From a virus, in IMG/VR virus record IMGVR_UViG_3300013093_000022, positions 32,001 to 96,000 of that record: a stretch of 64,000 bases of DNA. One strand, 5' to 3'. The notes under the pieces are model-generated. The model was not told the DNA's origin, did no database searches, and saw only the letters and a program-made list of their open reading frames with translations. Positions 20,001-27,870 of this stretch are shown here, one piece after another (the stretch's first letter is position 1; every line of letters begins with the position of its first letter). The position numbers were made by a program, and so were the translations under genes.

Positions 20001-22901
20001 AGGGGTCAGGTTCGAGAACTCCATCTTCAGGTACGACGTCAAGATTTTCTGCGGCAGGAAGAGGTTGCCCTTCTCGGTGACGTAGTTCTCGTAGATGGGG
20101 GTCCAGACCTTGTTCTCGTACCATGACTCGCTGGTCCCGCCGATCGGCAGCGACTGGGAAGTCCAGTCGCACGCCAGGACCGCGTTGTCGAGCGTGGTCG
20201 AGGGGTAGACGCCGCTCGCGTTGGGCTGTACCGGGTTCGGGTTGCAGTAGATTTGAGGGCTGAGTTGGAACGACTGGTAGGCCGAGTCCCATGAGTCGAG
20301 CTTGACGATGAGGGCGGTCATCAGGCCCCGGAAGTTGGTGTACCCGGCCTCCCCGTCGAGGGTGACGACCGCCGGTGGCGGCGTTGTCGTGAAGGCCTGC
20401 TCGTTGAGCAGCAGTTGGTTGCTCTGGGTGGCCGACATGAACACGGCTCCCACGCCCGGGTCCCACCCGACCACGATCTGCAGCGGCCGGCCCTTGGTGA
20501 ACGCGGGGCTGGTCAGCGGCAGGTGGTAGGAGCTGGCCTCGGTGCCGTTCGTGAACTCCAAGGTCAGGCATTGGTCGCCGGTGTCGTAGTACAGGGTCGG
20601 CCAATGGGTGTCGCCGCCCGAGGTGACCGAGACCGATCCCCCGGCGACGATTGAGGAGATCAGGATTGACGGGTTGAGCCCGCCGGTCAGGTTCTTTCCC
20701 CGATCGGGGTTGGCCATGGCCGGGATGTCGGCCCCCGCTAGGTCTCCTTGGAAGGTCACGGTCCAGGGCCCCCCTTTCGGGCCCGAGACCGAGACGCTGT
20801 TCAAGCCTACCGACGACAGGGAGGACAGCGACTGTTGAACTTGGGCGGCCGTGGCGTCGTAGGGGATCGGTTGTGTTGTGCCGAAGCCCGTCTGTAGGGT
20901 GAACGTGCCCCCGGTCGGCGATCCCGATACCTCAACCGATTGGACGGCGTCTACGTTGACCGTGATCGGGGTGACCCCGAACAGGACCGGGTTGTAGGGG
21001 GGCGGGCCGCCCAGGTATTGGGCGATCGTCGGGTCGGGGTTGAAGTCGGGCGTCCACTCGATACCGACCCACACCGGCTTCTGGTTAAGTGGGCCCAACG
21101 ACACCGGGAACACCATCTCGCTGTATACGTTCTGGATCGGGACCGTTTCTGCATTCGAGGTGTCGAAAAGACCTTTGCCGAGGGTCCAGAAGGCGTTGAC
21201 CTGGCTGTCGGGGGGCAGGTTCACCGGGTTGATGATCAGCGTGCCCTGAGATTCGTCGTTGCTGTAGTACAGGTTCAGGGTGTTGCCGGTGTAGGTGGGG
21301 TCGATGTAGAGGGTGTCGATTATCTGGGGGTTGCCAACGACGTCCCGGGTGTCAAGGTATAGGGCCACCACCCCGTTCGGGTCGGGGCACGGGAAAGACT
21401 TCCAGAACGTCCCCGGGTCGCTGTCCAAGGCGTTGTTCGGCCCCCACGACTTCACGTACGAGGTGACGACGTTGCCCAGGGCGTCCTGCTGGTCGGGGAT
21501 CGCCATGACCGTGTCGTTGAGGCTGTAGACGTACCGTTGGATCAGCATCTCCTTGATGCCGACCACGAACGGCTGGCTGCCGACCTGGGGGTCGTAGTTC
21601 CGGGTGATACGAAGCTGGAGGGCGGTCGCCACCACCGGGTAGATGGCCGTGTCGTAGGTGAACCAGCTCCCGCTCGCCGAGTACGAGACCCTTATTGAGA
21701 CCGGGACGTCGCTGCCGTCGGTCAACTGGATCCAGTTGTTGTTCCGGTCCCGGTACCAAGCGGTGACCGTGCAGGGCACCCGCAGCACCCGAAAGCCCAG
21801 GTTCCCGATCGAGAGGGGCAGCTTGAAGTTGACCTGCAGCACCTCGGTGGGGTTGGTGTACTGGTAGGCCGACTGCCACGTCCCGCCGACACTGTTCAGG
21901 TAGTTCGCGGCGAGTTGGACGCTCGTCAGGTTCTGGGCCGACTCGTACGGGGGCTCGGTCTCGTACTGTGCGTGGGACTCCAGGCCGGGCAGCAGGGCCA
22001 CGTCCGATTCCAGGCCGGCCATGATCTGCAGGAAGGTCGAGAGCTCGGGAACCAGGGACGTGTTCCCGATCTGGGAGCCCAGGGCCGCTGAGATGTTGTC
22101 GAACCACGAGCCCAGGTCGCCGCCGTTGTAGCCGGAGAAGACCGAGTTGGCCATCAACTGGATCGCCGAGCCGAGCGCGTCGTCCCGGATGGAGGTCGCG
22201 GCGTCGCCCCCGTTGGCGAACTCCCACCAAAAGGACGGGGTGTCGGCGACCAGGTAGCTGCTCAGGATACCGTGTCCGCCCGGGTCCCTCTGGCCGGGTG
22301 CCACGGACCCCTGCTGCCGACATGGGTTGCCGAACATGGTCCCGGCCAGGAGTCGGGGGTTCTGGGGTTTGAGGTCGCCGGCCTGCAGCGAGTTCAGGAC
22401 CTGGGAGCAGACCGCAGCCCCCTGCGAGTAGCCGACCAGGACGAACTGGCCGCTGCCGTTGAGGATCGCCGACGTCAGCGCCTCGGCACCCTCTTGGATG
22501 GCGCTCCACACCGGGAATCCCGAGATGGGCCACACGACCTGCTGGACGTCGTAGACCGTGGGGTCCAAGAGGGAGCAGAGCTGCGCCACGACCCCGGTGT
22601 CGGGTGCCGGGTGGGGCGAGGTGCTGGCCGTGTTGAGCAGCTTCGCGGTCCCGTCGCAGACGAACACGGTGACCCGGGGAGGGTTGCCCTGCTGGAAGGC
22701 GGCGGGCTGTGAGAACCACTGGGTCGGGCCCCTCTGCTGCTGGACCTGGGGCGTGTTCAGGGCGCTTTGGTTGTCTCCGATGACCGACTTGATCAGGTTC
22801 ACGATCCCCAGCGGGATGCTGAAGTCGTACAGCAGGTTTGAGGCGGCGCTGGCCGCCGCGTTGCCGATCGTGACGAGGAGCTTGTTGAGTGCGCTGGTCA
22901 T
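17007..22901 (-). CDS. large baseplate/tail protein with N-terminal LysB/cutinase-like esterase
   Basis: 1964 aa at end of baseplate operon; GYSQG, FGNP.R, GHGI, GGD, H..Y; beta-rich carbohydrate-binding-like segments. Confidence 0.8.
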   Translation of the reverse strand: MTSALNKLLVTIGNAAASAASNLLYDFSIPLGIVNLIKSVIGDNQSALNTPQVQQQRGPTQWFSQPAAFQQGNPPRVTVFVCDGTAKLLNTASTSPHPAPDTGVVAQLCSLLDPTVYDVQQVVWPISGFPVWSAIQEGAEALTSAILNGSGQFVLVGYSQGAAVCSQVLNSLQAGDLKPQNPRLLAGTMFGNPCRQQGSVAPGQRDPGGHGILSSYLVADTPSFWWEFANGGDAATSIRDDALGSAIQLMANSVFSGYNGGDLGSWFDNISAALGSQIGNTSLVPELSTFLQIMAGLESDVALLPGLESHAQYETEPPYESAQNLTSVQLAANYLNSVGGTWQSAYQYTNPTEVLQVNFKLPLSIGNLGFRVLRVPCTVTAWYRDRNNNWIQLTDGSDVPVSIRVSYSASGSWFTYDTAIYPVVATALQLRITRNYDPQVGSQPFVVGIKEMLIQRYVYSLNDTVMAIPDQQDALGNVVTSYVKSWGPNNALDSDPGTFWKSFPCPDPNGVVALYLDTRDVVGNPQIIDTLYIDPTYTGNTLNLYYSNDESQGTLIINPVNLPPDSQVNAFWTLGKGLFDTSNAETVPIQNVYSEMVFPVSLGPLNQKPVWVGIEWTPDFNPDPTIAQYLGGPPPYNPVLFGVTPITVNVDAVQSVEVSGSPTGGTFTLQTGFGTTQPIPYDATAAQVQQSLSSLSSVGLNSVSVSGPKGGPWTVTFQGDLAGADIPAMANPDRGKNLTGGLNPSILISSIVAGGSVSVTSGGDTHWPTLYYDTGDQCLTLEFTNGTEASSYHLPLTSPAFTKGRPLQIVVGWDPGVGAVFMSATQSNQLLLNEQAFTTTPPPAVVTLDGEAGYTNFRGLMTALIVKLDSWDSAYQSFQLSPQIYCNPNPVQPNASGVYPSTTLDNAVLACDWTSQSLPIGGTSESWYENKVWTPIYENYVTEKGNLFLPQKILTSYLKMEFSNLTPEPYPVYDQGVQVTYDSFPITVTQQSTTPAEGILGVAQEAASTLLTIGSDLVSTVTSGSLNWFNPQTIQNAINANFGVTQQPVVVQTGPGTVVNTLPNVSQSNVSASYRTEASSPSIYYRTLPSASSLAGQNLAVISSGPPGQTLQPATGAVSTQVAQAFSPVTTTSASNVTAQIGQDWWLFPGLNFKMPASVMNFITGAANDVQGTLGVVQGTAGYIGQQAQAIGNAVGTILYRPPSTTTRVRFTGDVVHRYQQNTLTMTAAVAYFAGMNGVSAYVTDYISGSDPLQFKYDRYDPVTFTYGTRSDGSPTLTQLPSGPVTTAGSPYPVPNPKFLSNLDSWTATGPWSWSPTGGLGYSSGQASALYTCGAVAGSLVSNPVPVEPGDQVIVSAWVSWSDIVLGNGFGGGVSGVGRLSAAIRALGQNQVPFPGLGRLSAAAEALGQHLVPFSGRGLLSAGVRSGQGSRRVDDFPVTLPAAFPGDNFPETFPFFFGEENVYTSLRGSGALRAEIRTGPRHCIALRGQGGLRAETRTLDRYYTTLTGGGSLTAQIGEVVGSEILPEITMTGLTYENLTGTDVFGEATFPFSFVPASGVPIEFSMQGLAVGGLPDTFPFVFPGDYTAADRNSMPSGATVGQNCTILSGNDQGTYKLVNTPASSFSNWSLTRYGTVVNIDRKSSGSFVKLVGSYTVPDSGVDHLALSLNVTNEASTGRVNFDNVQISPAEGIVGMLGTTHTTSTKFSDMGVKVSDSGLMNSDSMWARLDPLDTNIDNLQLAPYVTTYPSILPSGNWNDTFGAWDDPNVQWGEPIGEVSISLDPNLIFQGNRAVHFTRAAGAGNAGIFVTQQVNMMAEELCQLGCVFYKPNGNNNQITLTLRRVSDGVTVHTETFTPLVGYWYTYQTQFFELPSTLDQVYTLEFLTSGDAADEIYLSNLYCNVAGIRYFLQLGDSSAFDFDVTPLVYADNASVSCSTPVDRFSLNVQVYNPDSWAYGMTLTPRYLR

Positions 22902-22908
22902 GTCCCGC

Positions 22909-24258
22909 CTAACTCCGGACGAAGCCGGAGGTCGACGTCCAGCCCTGGGTGCCCGACTCGGTGACCTGGCGGTTGAGGGTCGGCTGGGCGCTGACCGTCG
23001 AGTCCTTCCCGGGCGGGGAGTAGGCGACCGCGTACTCGGGCAGCCACACGATCTGGTTCTGGTTCGGGGCCGAGATCGGCAACTGGTACTGCCCTTGGTT
23101 GGCGTTGCCGCCCAGCGACTCGATGACGACGATCTGGGCGGCGACGTAGGCCGCCTGGCTGGGCCACGGGAAGCTGTACGGGGTGCCGTCCGAGTTGAGC
23201 GCGGGGGCGGTGGCCGGGTGCAGGCCGTACTTGCCGCCCGGGTAGTTGTCGGGGGAGTCGGCCAGCGCCCACGGGGTCCACGCGGTGAATTGGGCGCTCT
23301 CGGTGAACGAGGCGTAGTTCGGCTCCGACTTGACGGTCACCCCGTCCGTTTGGAGCCGGCCGTAGGTGACCGAGTCGATCGGGCTCCCGGCACCGCCGCC
23401 GACCAGGTAGTAGTAGCCGTACTGGGCGGTGATGTTGAGGCTGGCGTACGGGGCGAGGGTGGGGTCGCTCTGGGCGTCGAACAGCCACTGCTGGGTGGGC
23501 AGCAGGTCAATGGGAAGTTCCTGTGGCGGCGGGAGTTGGGACAGGACCGGGGTCGCGGTCACCATCTTCTCGACTTGGTAGTAGACCGAGTTCGATGCCG
23601 CGCTGTGGATGTGCACCGGCTCGAGGACGGCCAGCCCCTCGGTGCGGATCGTGACGACCGTCTCGACCGGCATGACCCGGGCCAGCATGTCCCGCAGCAG
23701 CTTGAACTCCTGCGGGGTGAGCGACGACTTGAGGGGCTGGACGACGACCTCGCTCCGCGACCCGGCCCGGCCCAGGTACTCGGTCAGCCCGTCGTCGAGG
23801 TAGGTGTAGACCTCGTACACGTTGCAGTCGCACGACACGGCCGCCTGGCAGATCATGCGGATCGACTCGCTGGTGCCGCCCAGGTTGCAGGCCTTCCAGA
23901 AGTCCTTGATCCGTGCCCGGTACCACGAGTCCTTGACCCGAACCTCGTCCCACTGGCTGCTGTTCAGCAGGTCGGTTGAGGTGTTGTACGGGTACGACTC
24001 GGAGGGGGAGCGGGGCAGGAAGCCGATGTTGCCGAAGAAGTAGTCCAGGTCGCTGCCGTAGGTGGTGGCCAGGTTCCCTTGGAGCTGGTTCAGGAAGGCC
24101 TGGTTCAGCAGGGCACCGGCACCGGTCGACCCGCACAGGGCGTCGACGATCTTGTAGATCAGCGATCCGGAAGACGTGTTGTACACCCCGGTGTCGAAGT
24201 CCTGCATCAGGTAGGCGGTGCTGTTCCCCACGATGTAGGGGAACGACGGGTTGGTCAC
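22909..24258 (-). CDS. baseplate wedge protein
   Basis: follows baseplate J; DSWYRARI..GGT.ESI motif typical of wedge/tail-I proteins. Confidence 0.65.
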   Translation of the reverse strand: MTNPSFPYIVGNSTAYLMQDFDTGVYNTSSGSLIYKIVDALCGSTGAGALLNQAFLNQLQGNLATTYGSDLDYFFGNIGFLPRSPSESYPYNTSTDLLNSSQWDEVRVKDSWYRARIKDFWKACNLGGTSESIRMICQAAVSCDCNVYEVYTYLDDGLTEYLGRAGSRSEVVVQPLKSSLTPQEFKLLRDMLARVMPVETVVTIRTEGLAVLEPVHIHSAASNSVYYQVEKMVTATPVLSQLPPPQELPIDLLPTQQWLFDAQSDPTLAPYASLNITAQYGYYYLVGGGAGSPIDSVTYGRLQTDGVTVKSEPNYASFTESAQFTAWTPWALADSPDNYPGGKYGLHPATAPALNSDGTPYSFPWPSQAAYVAAQIVVIESLGGNANQGQYQLPISAPNQNQIVWLPEYAVAYSPPGKDSTVSAQPTLNRQVTESGTQGWTSTSGFVRS

Positions 24259-26075
24259 GAGCCGCCCCCGCCGATGTTCGGTGCCTGCAGGGTCAGGGTG
24301 TTCTGGTAGACGGCGAGTTGGTTGTCGTTGAGGACGAAGTCGGTCGTCGTGGGGGGCAGGTCGGAGTTCGGGGTCGCGTCGCTGGTGTCCATGACCCAGA
24401 TCCCGTAGTCGTAGCTCCCGGCACCGGCCTCGGCGGCAGTGGTGACGTGGACCTCGTTGACGCCCAGGACCTGCTGGACGGCGGCCTCCAGTTGGCTGAT
24501 GATCACCGGTGCCCCGAAGCCGAGGGTCTGGTAGAAGATCTGCAGCCGGGACACGATCGCGTTGTTGACCAGGGATATCGTGTAGCTCCGGCCGTACTCG
24601 ATGGTCAGGCAGGTGGTGATGTATTGGTAGTCGGCGACGTGGGTGAGGACGTCGGTGCAGATCTGCTTGCTCGACCCGTAGACGGCGTCCAGGATCTGTG
24701 GGATTTGATTGTAGGTGTAGTTGAGGACCAGTTGCTGGTTCGTCGCGGGTGGCTCATAGAACCACTCGATCCCCGACCACTCCTGCTGGGATCCCCGGCG
24801 CGACGTGCCGTCCTTCACGACGTAGTAGTTGACGCCTTCGGTGTAGACCGTGCCGCCTGACACGAACGACGACGGGAAGTTCAGGATCGGCACGCTCCCG
24901 AGCCGGGTGAAGCCGTTTCCGGGGGTGGGGTTCGGCTGGGGTGCCCCGGGCGTGACCCGATTGAAGTTCCCGAAGTAGTGGTACGAATCGGCCGGGTTGC
25001 TGGTGAACACGACTGAGGGGCTGTAGGCGCACGTCTCGGTCACCACGAACGGGGTCGACCCGTCAATGAAGACGTCGACCTTGTTGGTGACCGGCTGGCC
25101 GATGACCGGCGCTGGGTCGTTGCGGCTGCACTTGGTGGTGTACTGGAACTCCAAGTCGACGACGTCGCCCTGCATTGACGCCAAGGCCCCCGTCGGCAGA
25201 ACCGTGAAACTCGGTGCCCCGTACCCGTTGGACAGGTTGTAGTCGTCGACCGGCGAGTAGAAGGTCTCGGTGTCGGTCCCGATCCCGGTGAAGCACGAGG
25301 CCCCGGACGGCCACACGTAGTTGATGTTCTGGGACAGTCCGAGCGTCAGGGGCGAGGACGGTGCCGGAACCGAGACCTGGGTGGCGTACAGGCTGACCGG
25401 GCCGTACACGGTCGCCCGGGCCACGTTGTTGTTCTGGAGGGCGGTGTTGATGTACCAGTCCTCGGTGCCCGATATGTTCCGGAGCAGGGTGTCCATGAAC
25501 CTCTGCCGGAGCTGGGAGTCGGTCTCGACGTTCGTCCCGCCGGTCATCGCGGCCGTGTTGGTCACCACCGACGAGCCGATCGCCGCCGACTGGCTGGTGA
25601 TAGAGTCCGGGGGCACGTTCCCGGCCGTGCCGACGGTCGTGCAACTAACCGGAATCGACACCTGGTACGAACCGGCCGGAATCGTCACCGCCTGCGTGGA
25701 CGTGTAGTACACGGTAGTCGACAACCCACCCAGCCCCGGGGTGGTGAAGAACTGGGTGTTCAGGGGAACGGCGGTCGCCTGGGTCGCCACGCTTGACAGG
25801 GTCATCGTGACGGTCCCGGTGGCCGGCGTCCCCTGGAGGCGGCCGAACCCGAAGATGCCGACGAACTGGTCCAACTCCAGGCCCGACTTGGTGTTGATGT
25901 CCATCATGCCGCCGGTCAGGTACTGGCCGATGTATGCGGCCGAGATCTGGGCGGCGCAGGCGTCGATGATCTGCCGCTCCGGGGTTCCGATAGCACACGA
26001 CAGTTGCGGCGCGGTCTGCGCCAAGGTGGCCAAAATGCTGGCCGATATCTGGTCTGGCGTGGTCGTGGGACTCAC
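24255..26075 (-). CDS. baseplate J-like protein
   Basis: GLELDQ..G..RLQGTPATG.V, G..GNV, GG.NVETD..LRQR. Confidence 0.88.
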   Translation of the reverse strand: MSPTTTPDQISASILATLAQTAPQLSCAIGTPERQIIDACAAQISAAYIGQYLTGGMMDINTKSGLELDQFVGIFGFGRLQGTPATGTVTMTLSSVATQATAVPLNTQFFTTPGLGGLSTTVYYTSTQAVTIPAGSYQVSIPVSCTTVGTAGNVPPDSITSQSAAIGSSVVTNTAAMTGGTNVETDSQLRQRFMDTLLRNISGTEDWYINTALQNNNVARATVYGPVSLYATQVSVPAPSSPLTLGLSQNINYVWPSGASCFTGIGTDTETFYSPVDDYNLSNGYGAPSFTVLPTGALASMQGDVVDLEFQYTTKCSRNDPAPVIGQPVTNKVDVFIDGSTPFVVTETCAYSPSVVFTSNPADSYHYFGNFNRVTPGAPQPNPTPGNGFTRLGSVPILNFPSSFVSGGTVYTEGVNYYVVKDGTSRRGSQQEWSGIEWFYEPPATNQQLVLNYTYNQIPQILDAVYGSSKQICTDVLTHVADYQYITTCLTIEYGRSYTISLVNNAIVSRLQIFYQTLGFGAPVIISQLEAAVQQVLGVNEVHVTTAAEAGAGSYDYGIWVMDTSDATPNSDLPPTTTDFVLNDNQLAVYQNTLTLQAPNIGGGGS

Positions 26076-26088
26076 CTACTCCAAGGGG

Positions 26089-26505
26089 TTACAGACTGGT
26101 CGGGGAAACGGTCAGGGTGGCGGTGGTAGCGGGGTTGCTGACCTGGATGGTGGCGTAGACCGTGTCGTAGGTGACTGCCACGTTAATGGAGTCAATCGAA
26201 TAAGGCAATTCAGCCACGGAGAATACGCTGGGGTTGGATTTGAACATCTGGTAGATCATGGCCTGGTAATTGTTTAATACGCGAACGATCTCGTTATAGG
26301 CGTTGGCCTTGGTGGCGGGGGATACGATGCCGCCGATGTAGCTCTGGAGTTGGGACCCGAACGTCGGGTGCATCCGGTTCGACCCGTACCTCTCCAGCAT
26401 CCACAGGGTCAGGTCCTGTTGGAGCTTGGCCTGGCCCGACACGACCCGGCACTGCGACCCCTGTACGGCCAGGTCACCGTTCTGAATGGCCAACGAGTAG
26501 GTCAT
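26089..26505 (-). CDS. gp25/GPW-like baseplate wedge (sheath initiator)
   Basis: NGDL...G..HPTFGS.L..IG. Confidence 0.8.
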   Translation of the reverse strand: MTYSLAIQNGDLAVQGSQCRVVSGQAKLQQDLTLWMLERYGSNRMHPTFGSQLQSYIGGIVSPATKANAYNEIVRVLNNYQAMIYQMFKSNPSVFSVAELPYSIDSINVAVTYDTVYATIQVSNPATTATLTVSPTSL

Positions 26506-26562
26506 GTTTTCCTTTCCCCTTATTAACGCCCCGAGGGTCGGTATCGATATTGGTGGATTGAC

Positions 26563-27870
26563 CTAGCGGTAGGCCAAAATAAAGACAGCGCCCTGAGCCC
26601 CGTTGTACGGGACGAAACTCGATAAGTTTATGGTCGTGATGCCGCCACCCCCTCCCGGGGCATTTCCAGGTCCTGTCGATGACGCTCCTCCGGTGTAGGT
26701 GTGCCCGTCGAAGGTCTCGTTGCCCGGGCTGCCCCCAACCGCTCCCGGCACGCCGGTGTATGTCTTTCCGGTGACGGTGCCACCGGCCCCACCGGCTCCG
26801 GAAACGGTGTAGGTGCCGCCCCCCGAACCGGCCCCCGGCACTTGAACACTGCTGGGCGATCCACTGGAGGCCCCCGCCGCGCCGGTTCCTGCCGAGCCTC
26901 CGGTGCCGACCGTGACGACCAGGGGTCCGGTGATCAACGAGGTGCTGAAGGTGGCGGCGGACCACGCCCCCGGCGCTCCAGAATACTCGTAACTGTAGGG
27001 TGAATAGAACCATGCTCCGCCCCCGCCGCCCAAGGTGATCACGTCGACCTGGGTCGCCCAAGTCGGCGGGTGGTAAGAGAACGTGCCCGCTGTCGAGTAG
27101 GTTGTCAGAGCCGGGACGACGGTCAGCGAGGGTGCCCCGTGGCCGGAAATGGCCGCGCCGATGAACACCCTGGCGGAGTTGTTTGCCGAAAGCATTCCAT
27201 GCGAGATGAGGGCCGCGCTGCGGATGAAGTCGGGGTATCCGGTCGCCCCGAGCGTCCCGTGGCCGGTGAGGAGGGCCCGGTAGCCAACTCTTGCCTGGAG
27301 CCTGCCCGACCCCGACAGGCGGGAAACCTCCCTCGGGGCGTCGACCGCTTTAGCCGACCCGGAGCCGAGGAGGGAAGCGGTCACCTGAGCGATCGTGACA
27401 TTGCCACCGGAGTCGGTCCAGTTGGTGCCGTTGCTCCACACCGGCTTCCCTAGGGTGGTGTCGTAGACGTGGGTCCCGGCGGGGACCGTCGAGGCGGGGG
27501 GCAGGGCGCTGCTGCTGTACGAGGCGACCGACAGCGGCCCGGCGACGTTGATCTGGGTTCCCTGCAACTCGATCGGGCCCTGGCCCGAGCCCACGATGTG
27601 CTGGCCTTGGGTCGGGATCACCGCCGCCTGGTTGGGGTCGTTGAACGGGATCCGGTGGTCGAGCCTCCACTGGCCGTTGATCAGCTTGACGACCCACTGG
27701 TCTCCGACCGACGGGGTGACGCTCACCGCCCCCACGTAGTACGAGGTGTCGACATAGAGAAGGGTCCCGACGTTGCTGACCCCGTGGGCACCTTGGTTGA
27801 CCGCGTCGACCGACGTGATCGCCACCTGCCGGGTGACCTGGGAGGTGGGCGGGGTGTTGGTGTAGGCCAT
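26563..27870 (-). CDS. spike/minor tail protein with GxGxL repeats and Gly-rich C-terminal domain
   Basis: P.VGDQW.V OB-like N-terminus; position between hub and gp25. Confidence 0.65.
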   Translation of the reverse strand: MAYTNTPPTSQVTRQVAITSVDAVNQGAHGVSNVGTLLYVDTSYYVGAVSVTPSVGDQWVVKLINGQWRLDHRIPFNDPNQAAVIPTQGQHIVGSGQGPIELQGTQINVAGPLSVASYSSSALPPASTVPAGTHVYDTTLGKPVWSNGTNWTDSGGNVTIAQVTASLLGSGSAKAVDAPREVSRLSGSGRLQARVGYRALLTGHGTLGATGYPDFIRSAALISHGMLSANNSARVFIGAAISGHGAPSLTVVPALTTYSTAGTFSYHPPTWATQVDVITLGGGGGAWFYSPYSYEYSGAPGAWSAATFSTSLITGPLVVTVGTGGSAGTGAAGASSGSPSSVQVPGAGSGGGTYTVSGAGGAGGTVTGKTYTGVPGAVGGSPGNETFDGHTYTGGASSTGPGNAPGGGGGITTINLSSFVPYNGAQGAVFILAYR

